From NCBI GenBank assembly GCA_025465035.1, contig JAODMH010000042.1, positions 149 to 64,148 on the forward strand: 64,000 nt of DNA, given 5' to 3'. The stretch comes from Microbacteriaceae bacterium. GTDB lineage: Bacteria; Actinomycetota; Actinomycetes; Actinomycetales; Microbacteriaceae. Shown in pieces: positions 47,287 to 54,995 of this stretch. Under the pieces are notes generated by a model, which saw nothing but the letters and a program-made list of their open reading frames with translations, made no database searches and had not been told where the DNA came from. The translations under genes were made by a program, and so were the position numbers. Each line of letters begins with the position of its first letter. The stretch's first letter is position 1.

Positions 47287-48893
47287 ACCGACTGCCGATC
47301 ATCCATGAGACCGCGCAGGAACTCCGCCGCGCGCTGCGGATCCGCCGCCGCAAGGGCATCGATCTCCGCACGCTTGCGGTCAGCGTCGCCTGGTTCGACC
47401 GGAGAGAGCTGGGTGTAGTTGAGCGGCGCGGCCGCGGCGGGAGCGGCAAGCGCGATCGGCACGGTCTGGTCGTTCATCATTGCGCGGAGCTCGGCCAGCT
47501 CGCCCAGCTCCTGTGCCTCCTCGAGTTCCTGCCGGAGTCGGCGAGAACGGCGACGGACGAGCACAAAGGCGATCACGAGCGGGATGGCGATGCCGAGGAC
47601 GATGATCACGGTGCGCAGGATTGCCGCGGCGCGATCGGCCGCGGCGGCTGACTCGGCGGCCGCGATCGCCTTGGCCGCATCCACGGCCCCCGCCTGGTTG
47701 AAGGCAACGGATGCCACCGTCACCTGGTCACCGCGCGTTGTGTCGATTCCGGCGGCGGTGGTAACGAGCGACTTGATATTGGCCAGGTTGAGCCCCGCGG
47801 CGACCGTCGAATTGAGAGCCACAGACACCGTCTGGCGCTTGATGGAGCCAGCGGGCATGGTCGTCGACTCTGTGACCTTATTGATCGCGTTGTTCTTGGT
47901 CGACTCTGCCGAGGCGGATGCGCCGTTCGTCGCCGTTCCGCTCGGCACCGCGATGTTGTCGGGACCGAGCACCCCGGTCGATGACGTCCCAACGCCACCG
48001 ATGCCCGTGGACTGTGCCTTCGTCGATTCGCTGAGTGTGGGTGCGCCGGTTGGCGTCGTGAACGTCTCCTGTGTGCGCTGTCCAGAATCGCGACTCACGT
48101 CTGCGGCGACCACGACGGTCGCATTGCCCGGACCGACGACCTTGTCGAGCATGGCCTGCACGGAATTGCGCACGCGCGTCTCGTAGTCCGACGACTGCTG
48201 GTCCACGCTTCCGGCCACACCGGTGCCGACCGCTGAGAGCACGATCCCGGTGGAGTCGATCACGGCGACGTCGTCGGCCTTCATGCCGTCGATCGATGCG
48301 GAGGTCAGGTGCACGATCGCCTGTACCTGACTGTCGTTGAGGGTGACGCCGTTCTGCGTCTCGATGAAAACTGATGCCGTCGGGTCGGTCTTCTGCGACA
48401 CGAAGATGGTGTCCTTGGGGATCGCCAGCCGCACGGAAGCCGTCTTGACGCCCTTCATGGCCTGGATGGTGTTGGCGAGTTCGCCCTCCAGCGCACGCTT
48501 GTAGGTGACCGACTGCTGAAACTCCGAAGCCGTGACGCCCATCTTGTCGAGCAGCGCATAGCCGCCGGTGTTCGACGACGGTAGACCGGCGGCCGCGGCC
48601 TTGAGCCGCTCGTCGTAGACATTCTGTTCCGGAACCAGAATCGTGCCGCCGCCGTCGGTGAGCTGGTATTGCACGCCGTCGGTTCGCAGCTGATCGACGA
48701 TGCTGTTGGCGTCAACGGCGGCAAGGCCCGAGAACAGCGGTGTATAGGAGGGCTTGCTCAGCCACACGGAGAGAGCGGCGATGCCGAGCACCAGCACGGC
48801 CACTCCGATGATGGCGACGGTGCGCTGCGCGATGGTGAACTCGCGGATGCTGCCAGCCAGCCGCCGCAGAATGGTGGTCACCTGCGCTGGCAT
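47283..48893 (-). CDS. fliF: Flagellar MS-ring protein FliF
   Basis: Two TM segments; YTPLFSGL, GYALLDKMG, YKRALEGELA. Confidence 0.96.
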   Translation of the reverse strand: MPAQVTTILRRLAGSIREFTIAQRTVAIIGVAVLVLGIAALSVWLSKPSYTPLFSGLAAVDANSIVDQLRTDGVQYQLTDGGGTILVPEQNVYDERLKAAAAGLPSSNTGGYALLDKMGVTASEFQQSVTYKRALEGELANTIQAMKGVKTASVRLAIPKDTIFVSQKTDPTASVFIETQNGVTLNDSQVQAIVHLTSASIDGMKADDVAVIDSTGIVLSAVGTGVAGSVDQQSSDYETRVRNSVQAMLDKVVGPGNATVVVAADVSRDSGQRTQETFTTPTGAPTLSESTKAQSTGIGGVGTSSTGVLGPDNIAVPSGTATNGASASAESTKNNAINKVTESTTMPAGSIKRQTVSVALNSTVAAGLNLANIKSLVTTAAGIDTTRGDQVTVASVAFNQAGAVDAAKAIAAAESAAAADRAAAILRTVIIVLGIAIPLVIAFVLVRRRSRRLRQELEEAQELGELAELRAMMNDQTVPIALAAPAAAAPLNYTQLSPVEPGDADRKRAEIDALAAADPQRAAEFLRGLMDDRQSV

Positions 48894-49198
48894 CAGGCCT
48901 GCATCCTCATGATCTCGTTGAATGCGTCGACACCCTTATTGCGCACGGCGGCGACCAGTTCGAGCGTCACCTGGGCCCTGGTCGAGGCGATGGTGGCGGC
49001 GTGAATGTCGTCGAGGTTGCCCGTGACGGCCTGGATCGCGAGGTCGTTCGATGTGGACTGCAGCTGCTGCAGGTTGTCGACGGCCCCGCTGAGCTGTGTC
49101 GCGAAACCGGAGTCGCTCGTCGCACTCGTGCCACCGGTCGGCTGGAGGTATCCCGTTCCGGTGACGCCCTGCACGGAGGTGATCGAGGAGATGCTCAT
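48893..49198 (-). CDS. fliE: Flagellar hook-basal body protein FliE
   Basis: VRNKGVDAFNEIMRMQA C-terminus. Confidence 0.93.
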   Translation of the reverse strand: MSISSITSVQGVTGTGYLQPTGGTSATSDSGFATQLSGAVDNLQQLQSTSNDLAIQAVTGNLDDIHAATIASTRAQVTLELVAAVRNKGVDAFNEIMRMQA

Positions 49199-49590
49199 CA
49201 GGAATGTCCAATCTGAAGTGCGGCCTGGTAGGTCTCTTTCGCGCGGTCGACGACTGCCGCGTTGGCCTGGTAGCCGCGCTGCGCCATGATGAGCTGGCCC
49301 ATCTGCGACGCCAGGTCGATATCCGGGTAGCGCACGTAACCCTGCGCATCGGCGATGGGGTTGGTCGGCTCGTAGACCAGCCGCCCGGCGGCGCTTCCGA
49401 AGGCGGCGCCCTTGACGTACACCCCGCTGTTGCCTGCCCCCTCCTGGGCGACGACGTAGCGGGCCTGGAAGGCGGGGCCACTGGTCGGCTTCGCAGTGTT
49501 GATGTTCGCCAGGTTGTCGGAGACCGCATCGAGCCACTTACGGTGCATGGTGAGCCCGGTGCCGGCAATGCCGATCGCGTCGAAGGTCAT
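49198..49590 (-). CDS. flgC: Flagellar basal-body rod protein FlgC
   Basis: SDNLANINT, PIADAQGYVRYPDIDL, AQRGYQAN. Confidence 0.96.
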   Translation of the reverse strand: MTFDAIGIAGTGLTMHRKWLDAVSDNLANINTAKPTSGPAFQARYVVAQEGAGNSGVYVKGAAFGSAAGRLVYEPTNPIADAQGYVRYPDIDLASQMGQLIMAQRGYQANAAVVDRAKETYQAALQIGHS

Positions 49591-49931
49591 CAGCTCGTCC
49601 TCATTGCGGCGCGCACGGCGGAGAATTCACTCCCGGCGGCCTGGGTGGCGAACTGGTACCGCAGCACTGTGTCGATGTTGGAGAGGGTCTCGGTGTCGAG
49701 GTTGACGTTGTTTCCGTTGGGCTGAGTTGGCTCGAGCGATGGGGCGATCTGCGCGGTCACGCGGCCGTCGCCGTTCTGCACCGACGCCGCCAGGGCGTCC
49801 TCGAAGACGACGCGCTTGGCCTGGTAGTTGGGCGTATTGACGTTCGCGATGTTATTGGCGATGGTGCGTTGACGCAGCGCTAGTGCGTCCAGTGCACTGC
49901 CGAGCGCCACAGAGGTGACCGAATCGAGCAC
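49590..49931 (-). CDS. flgB: Flagellar basal-body rod protein FlgB
   Basis: RQRTIANNIANVNTPNY, NGNNVNLD; GTG start inferred. Confidence 0.94.
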   Translation of the reverse strand: MLDSVTSVALGSALDALALRQRTIANNIANVNTPNYQAKRVVFEDALAASVQNGDGRVTAQIAPSLEPTQPNGNNVNLDTETLSNIDTVLRYQFATQAAGSEFSAVRAAMRTS

Positions 49932-49934
49932 AGC

Positions 49935-49999
49935 AATCCGTTTCGTCATCAAAAAGTGATGGCCGATCCGTGGCCTGTCGATGAGCGATCCGTGCTCAC
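49935..49999 (-). promoter_or_regulatory. flgB leader with two hairpins carrying identical ACGGAUC loops plus a third ACGGAU at the RBS (putative CsrA sites)
   Basis: GTGAGC-ACGGATC-GCTCAT (49981-49999), GGCC-ACGGATC-GGCC (49961-49975), ACGGATT (49935-49941). Confidence 0.65.
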
Positions 50000-50005
50000 T
50001 GTTAG

Positions 50006-50032
50006 CTATCGGTCGAGGCTGCGGAAGCGTTA
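50006..50032 (-). promoter_or_regulatory. Sigma28/FliA-type promoter TAAC-N15-ACCGATAG (flgB basal-body operon)
   Basis: Matches the sigma28 consensus TAAA-N15-GCCGATAA and three other copies. Confidence 0.75.
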
Positions 50033-50055
50033 GCCATCTGCCCGATTACCGAAGG

Positions 50056-50376
50056 TCAGCTCGTGACATCGAGGTACACGGAAGAACCCTGCATGCTCGA
50101 CGGAATGGATCGCAGGGCCGTGAGATGGCGGCCGGTGACGTCGCGGCGGCCTTCGAGCCGCCGGATCGTATCGCCCTGCGCACTCAGCAGGCGGGAGGCA
50201 TGGCCGCGCAGCGACGCCGGAAGCGGACCGATCTGGTCGGGGATGATCCACACCACAGCAGGGGCCTCCTCGTCGCCATCCCAGGTCGCGGCATCGTTCG
50301 CGATGGCAAGTCCGGCCTCCATCGCTTCGAGCGCGGCTACCCAACTTTCCCAGTTGGCGGTTCGGAGCTCAGGCAA
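50056..50376 (-). CDS. Hypothetical helical flagellar protein in the FliT position
   Basis: Overlaps the fliS stop; TTG start inferred; amphipathic helices. Confidence 0.6.
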   Translation of the reverse strand: MPELRTANWESWVAALEAMEAGLAIANDAATWDGDEEAPAVVWIIPDQIGPLPASLRGHASRLLSAQGDTIRRLEGRRDVTGRHLTALRSIPSSMQGSSVYLDVTS

Positions 50377-50797
50377 CGCCGAGTTCCCGCGAGCCACCCG
50401 GCTCCGGTCTCCTCTGCACAGAGAGCTGGCCGGCGGCCTCATGCCAGGCCTGGCGCAACGGTTCGAGCAGGTCGATGGCCTCGCGGATGCTGACCGTGTC
50501 CCGTCGCACATTGGCCGTAATCAGCAGACCGTTGCAGTAGTTGTAGAGGGCGAGCAGATTGTCGCCGCCCTCCCACAGTTCGACCTTCAACGATGACCTG
50601 AGTTCGGCGACGATCGCCTGGGCGTGCAAGAGGTTGGACGAGAGCACCGGCCAGTCGTGCCGCGAATGCGCCGACTCCGCACGGTCGAGATCGAGGAGCA
50701 GCCGGTCGTAGAGCATGGTGAGCAGTCGAACAGGCGAAGCCGAGAGTATGGCGTCGTTGTTGTACCGGGAGCGCTGGGCGTTGAGGGTCATCGTCAT
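50369..50797 (-). CDS. fliS: Flagellin chaperone FliS
   Basis: ILSASPVRLLTMLYDR, NLLHAQAIV, NLLALYNY, LRQAWHEA. Confidence 0.94.
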   Translation of the reverse strand: MTMTLNAQRSRYNNDAILSASPVRLLTMLYDRLLLDLDRAESAHSRHDWPVLSSNLLHAQAIVAELRSSLKVELWEGGDNLLALYNYCNGLLITANVRRDTVSIREAIDLLEPLRQAWHEAAGQLSVQRRPEPGGSRELGVA

Positions 50798-50799
50798 GA

Positions 50800-52191
50800 T
50801 CAGTTTCCCGTCGAAGTCGAAGTCGAAGTCGTGAACGATGCGAGTTGCGAGGTGAGATTGGCCTGCTGCGCCTTGAGGTTGCTCAGCGTCACTTCCATAG
50901 CCGAGTAGGTGCGCTGGAGGCTGGATTTGCGGCTGGCAAGCCTGAGATCCCAGTCGGCGACCTGATTGCCCAGGCTCTGTGCCTGGGCCTGACTGCCGGT
51001 AATCTTCGCCGTGAGAGTTCCCGTGTATTTATCGGATGCCTGGGTCGCCACGGCTGCGACGCGCGACGCTATCTCGGTGACGGCCGCGTTCACCGTGGTC
51101 GGATCGGCAACGAGCGCGGCGGCGAACTTGTCTTTGTCGAAGCTGAGGGTGCCATCGCTGGTGATCGAGATGCCGTACTCCGACGGGGAGTGACCGTTGA
51201 CGGGCATCGACGCGGCGCTGAGAATCTTCTGGTTGATGTCGCGCACCGTGCTGTCGCCGGCGAAGATCCCGCTCTTCACCGAGGACTTCCCGTCGGCCCC
51301 GATGCTCGACGCCACCGCCGAGTTCGTGCTGACAAGCGAGAAGACGGACTTGAGCGAATCGACGAGGCTACTCGCGAGCGCGCTGGCCTGTGCCGCATCC
51401 CGCGCGACAGAGACAGTGACCGGATCGACGGAGACGGCAGAAACAGTCACGGACACGCCGGGCAGCAGATCGGCGAAGGTATTGCTCGCCGAGGTGATGA
51501 CCTGCTCGGCCCCCGTCCCGCCCCAGAGGGTGATCCTGGCATCCTGCGCGGTCTTGATCATGGCCGCCCCAGGGGCGGTCAGCACATCGTTGGCGGCGGA
51601 GACGTTCGCGGCGCTTCCCGTATGCACCTCGAAGGAGGAGTTGGCGCCCGTCGTCGTGCTGGAGAACTGGATGCGGTACTGCTGTGCTCCGGAGACGGGA
51701 TCGGTGCCGGCAGCGATCTTCGTCGCGGTCACTCCGGCGGCGGAGCCGTTGATCGCCTTGACGACATCGTCCAGCGAGTTCGAGGTCGGCGTGATCTCGA
51801 GGCGTGTTCCATCGTGCCCGACGATGGTGAGCGTGCCTGGCGACGGCCAGGACGCCATGGCCGCAGAAACTCCGACCTGGGCGGTGGCGAGCGCGCTGAC
51901 CACGACCTGCAGCTCGCCGGTGGCGGCGCCGGTTCCGGCCGTGGCCGTGACGGTGGCCGAACTCGTGGCCGCCTTGTAGAGGTCGAGGGCGCCGGGCTTC
52001 GCCGTCGACGTGGCGAGATCCGCGAGAGAGGCGATCTTCGCATTGAGCGACTGGTAGGCGGAGATCTCGTTGTTGACGGTCGTGATCTGGTTCTTGAGAA
52101 GCGTCTGGGGAACGGCCTCCGCCTGCATCAGGCTCGCGATGAGGGTCGTGGTGTCCAGGCCGCTGGACAGTCCATCGAGTGAGATTCCCAT
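50800..52191 (-). CDS. fliD: Flagellar filament cap protein FliD
   Basis: GLSSGLDTTTLIASLM, AQDA, TSASNTF, LQRTYSAME. Confidence 0.95.
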   Translation of the reverse strand: MGISLDGLSSGLDTTTLIASLMQAEAVPQTLLKNQITTVNNEISAYQSLNAKIASLADLATSTAKPGALDLYKAATSSATVTATAGTGAATGELQVVVSALATAQVGVSAAMASWPSPGTLTIVGHDGTRLEITPTSNSLDDVVKAINGSAAGVTATKIAAGTDPVSGAQQYRIQFSSTTTGANSSFEVHTGSAANVSAANDVLTAPGAAMIKTAQDARITLWGGTGAEQVITSASNTFADLLPGVSVTVSAVSVDPVTVSVARDAAQASALASSLVDSLKSVFSLVSTNSAVASSIGADGKSSVKSGIFAGDSTVRDINQKILSAASMPVNGHSPSEYGISITSDGTLSFDKDKFAAALVADPTTVNAAVTEIASRVAAVATQASDKYTGTLTAKITGSQAQAQSLGNQVADWDLRLASRKSSLQRTYSAMEVTLSNLKAQQANLTSQLASFTTSTSTSTGN

Positions 52192-52238
52192 GTCGTTCTC
52201 CGATCTCGTCACATGGTGTTACGGGTTTGTGGACGGTG

Positions 52239-52298
52239 AACGCCCGGCGGCAATCACGGTGAGAGGTCCAGTTCCCACCTCAGCCGCCGCCGGGCGTT
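52239..52298 (-). terminator. Inverted repeat downstream of fliC (13-bp arms)
   Basis: AACGCCCGGCGGC ... GCCGCCGGGCGTT. Confidence 0.6.
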
Positions 52299-52312
52299 GA
52301 TCGTTGCCCGAA

Positions 52313-53149
52313 CTAGCGGAGGAGGGTGAGAACGCCCTGGTTCGCCTGGTTGGCCTGCGCCAGCATCGCGGTGCCGGCCTGCGACAGGATGTTCGAGCGG
52401 GTGTACTTCACCATCTCGGATGCCATGTCGGTATCGGTGATGCGCGACTTCGCCGCCGTCAGGTTCTCGGTGGTGACACTGAGGTTGCGGATGACGCTCT
52501 CGAACCGGTTCTGCTGTGCACCGAGGCTCGCACGAGCCGTCGACACTGCGCTGATGTTGGTGTCGAGTGAGGCGATCGTGGTGAGCGCGTTGGCGGAGCT
52601 GGAGAAGCCCGTCGCGGCGAGGCCCGAGATCGTGGTTCCGATAGCGGCGACATCCGCGGTGCTGACGCTGATCTGGTCCTCGGCCGCAACCGATCCGCCA
52701 CCGACCTGGAAGGTCAGCGACACGCCGCCGGCGCCCAGCAGCTTCGTGCCGTTGAAGTTGGCCGAAGCACCGATGCGGGTGAGCTCGCTGCCGAGCTGCG
52801 TGACCTCGGTCGCGATCGCCGTACGCGAGTCGGCGTTGTTCGAGTCGTTACCGGCCTGGACCGCCAGGTCGCGAACGCGCTGCAGGATGGTCTGAACCTC
52901 GGAGAGCGAACCTTCAGCCGTCTGAATGACGCTGATGCCGTCCTGCGCGTTGCGGCTGGCGACCGTGAGGCCTCCGACCTGCGACTGCAGTCCCTGGGAG
53001 ATTGCGAGACCAGCTGCGTCATCCGCGGCGTGGTTGATGCGAAGACCACTGGAGAGCTTCTCCAGCGACTTGGCGAGATCGTTCTGCGTGTTGGTGAGGT
53101 TCCGGTAGGAGTTGAGCGCCGAAACGTTGGTGTTGACCTGCATACCCAT
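52313..53149 (-). CDS. fliC: Flagellin (278 aa, short)
   Basis: QVNTNVSAL, LEKLSSGLRINHAADDAAGL, NAQDGIS, FNGTKLL, ITDTDMASEM. Confidence 0.98.
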   Translation of the reverse strand: MGMQVNTNVSALNSYRNLTNTQNDLAKSLEKLSSGLRINHAADDAAGLAISQGLQSQVGGLTVASRNAQDGISVIQTAEGSLSEVQTILQRVRDLAVQAGNDSNNADSRTAIATEVTQLGSELTRIGASANFNGTKLLGAGGVSLTFQVGGGSVAAEDQISVSTADVAAIGTTISGLAATGFSSSANALTTIASLDTNISAVSTARASLGAQQNRFESVIRNLSVTTENLTAAKSRITDTDMASEMVKYTRSNILSQAGTAMLAQANQANQGVLTLLR

Positions 53150-53157
53150 GATGTTTT

Positions 53158-53201
53158 CCTCCGTGATGTGGGTTGTTCTGCCGGCCCATCCGTGGTCCGA
53201 C
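53158..53201 (-). promoter_or_regulatory. fliC leader with putative CsrA sites: hairpin loop ACGGAUG and CACGGAGG overlapping the SD
   Basis: GTCGGACC-ACGGATG-GGCCGGC (53180-53201) and CACGGAGG (53158-53165); same two-site layout as Bacillus hag. Confidence 0.7.
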
Positions 53202-53209
53202 ACCTTGAG

Positions 53210-53236
53210 CTATCGGCAGCGCGCCTCCGCGCGTTA
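53210..53236 (-). promoter_or_regulatory. Sigma28/FliA-type promoter TAAC-N15-GCCGATAG (fliC)
   Basis: Near-consensus sigma28 promoter upstream of flagellin. Confidence 0.8.
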
Positions 53237-53263
53237 GCTGCCGAGCTGAAGCTTTTACATATT

Positions 53264-54079
53264 TCAGGATGCCGCCGCCGCAGTCGGCTGTTGGTGGGCG
53301 ATGTGCGACATCCCGGCGAGGGCGTTGTTGGCTACGCGAGCCAGGTACGCACTGCGTGCCGCGGGAGCGATTCGCGAGATCGGAACGTGGTCGGCCGCCA
53401 AATAATCTGCGTAGTGGATCTCGAGCCCATCGCGGAGAAGGCGGATCGCCTCTGCGCGCTGCTGTGAGACGGCGGAATGGGTGATCCCCAGTTCTTCCGC
53501 GATCTCCTTGACCGAACGATCATCGAAATAGACCTGCGTCACGATGGTGCGCATCCTTTCCGGAAGCGATTCGATAGCGGCAGCGAGGTAGCGGAGACGC
53601 TCGGCAGAAAGGATCGACTCCTCGGGGAGGGCAGTGTCCGCTATGAGGAACTCTGCCGTGGTGTCATCGAGTGCGGAAACGACCCTGGCGGCATCCGCGA
53701 GACCGGCGGCAGCCTCTTCGCGGTCGACGCCCATCGCGGAGGCGATCTCGTCGACGCTCGGCGCCCGGCCGAGACCGGCGGTGAGTGCCTCCTGGACCGC
53801 TGTGGTTTCCTTGATGCGTCGGCGGGCGCCGCGGGTGGCCCAGTCGTTGGAGCGCATCTCGTCGGCGAAGGCGCCGATAATGCGTTTGCGTGCGAAGGCA
53901 CCGAACGGAACGCCGAGGTCCGGGTCATAAGAGTCGGCGGAAGTGATGAGAGCGACGGCGCCCGCCGATGCGAGATCATCTCGTGAGAGATGCGTGGCCT
54001 TCGCCCATACCTCCGACACCAGATAGCCCACCAGCGGGAGATTCTCCACCACCAGGGCGTTGCGGTCTGTCCGATTCAC
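53264..54079 (-). CDS. fliA: FliA/WhiG-family RNA polymerase sigma factor
   Basis: ENLPLV, DDLASAG, FGAFARKRIIGA..DEMRSNDW, LPERMR, KEIAEELGITHSAVSQ. Confidence 0.9.
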   Translation of the reverse strand: MNRTDRNALVVENLPLVGYLVSEVWAKATHLSRDDLASAGAVALITSADSYDPDLGVPFGAFARKRIIGAFADEMRSNDWATRGARRRIKETTAVQEALTAGLGRAPSVDEIASAMGVDREEAAAGLADAARVVSALDDTTAEFLIADTALPEESILSAERLRYLAAAIESLPERMRTIVTQVYFDDRSVKEIAEELGITHSAVSQQRAEAIRLLRDGLEIHYADYLAADHVPISRIAPAARSAYLARVANNALAGMSHIAHQQPTAAAAS

Positions 54080-54384
54080 TTGTCTTGCCCCCGTGCGATC
54101 TCAGCGATCACTTCTCGGTCCACGTCGTTGAGGACGATTGATCAAAATTCGGTCTATCAGGGTAAGAAATTGTGGTGCTTTCGGGCGACCGTGAGAATGG
54201 TGTTCCCGTCGATCTGGTTGGACTCTATAGGTCGGCGGGGGGCCAAAAACCAGGAAATTAAGTGTTATTCGCTCGAATTATGACCCCAGTCCGGGGGCTC
54301 TCGTACCCCAAAAGGGCCAACAAGTCCTCCCTTTTGCGGACAGCGACATGTGGCGGATGCCCAGGAAGCCGCCATCAATCTCAC

Positions 54385-54411
54385 TTACCCACGATGTAGC
54401 CTTGCCGATAG
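54385..54411 (+). promoter_or_regulatory. Sigma28/FliA-type promoter TTAC-N15-GCCGATAG (flgN-flgKL-fliW)
   Basis: Matches three other copies. Confidence 0.75.
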
Positions 54412-54499
54412 TCCTCCATGAGCGAGTTGGAGAGCCATGCAGTCGGTTGCACGATCTGGAGGAACGTCCGCACTAGCCGACGATCGAACTGGAGCAGAC

Positions 54500-54985
54500 A
54501 TGAGCGCGAACGAACTATCGGCGTGTTTGTGGCGCGAGCGCGAACTCCTCGACCTCCTGGCCTTCAAGCTCGAGGAGGAGCAGTTCCTCCTGACCTCCGG
54601 CAAGTCCCGCTGGCTGCAGTACGCCACCCGCGAGGTCGAGCAGGTCATGGAGCGCCTTCGCAGCGCTGGCCTCGCCCGCACCGTCGAGGCCGCTATCGTC
54701 GCCGCCGAATGGGGCGCAGCGGAGAATGTCACCCTGCGTGAGCTCGTCGCCACGGCACCGTCCGGTCCATGGGCCGACATTTTCGCCGCCCATCTCGCCG
54801 CCCTCACCGAGCAGACCAGCCAGATCAAGGAACTTCGCGACCTCAACGAGCACTACCTACGCACGGCCATCCGGTTCATCCAAGAGGCTCAGGTCGACGG
54901 TGGCACGGAGAGCGGCACCTACACCGCCAACGGAGCGCCAGGTGCGACGTCGGCGTCTGCCCAGATGTTCGACTTCACGTTGTGA
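54500..54985 (+). CDS. flgN: Flagellar chaperone FlgN
   Basis: LSACLWRERELLDLLAFKLEEE; precedes flgK. Confidence 0.85.
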   Translation: MSANELSACLWRERELLDLLAFKLEEEQFLLTSGKSRWLQYATREVEQVMERLRSAGLARTVEAAIVAAEWGAAENVTLRELVATAPSGPWADIFAAHLAALTEQTSQIKELRDLNEHYLRTAIRFIQEAQVDGGTESGTYTANGAPGATSASAQMFDFTL

Positions 54986-54995
54986 GCCGTAGCGA

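Noticed and set aside
54270-54350. Possible c-di-AMP (ydaO) or c-di-GMP riboswitch upstream of fliA
   Set aside because: Only a superficial resemblance (TTTTGGGGT and hairpins); the conserved aptamer cores could not be matched. An Rfam/Infernal scan would decide.
54418-54499. CsrA sites in the flgN leader
   Set aside because: It has UGGAGGA and an SD-like GGAG, but no clear ANGGA hairpin loop like those at flgB, fliC or flbD.
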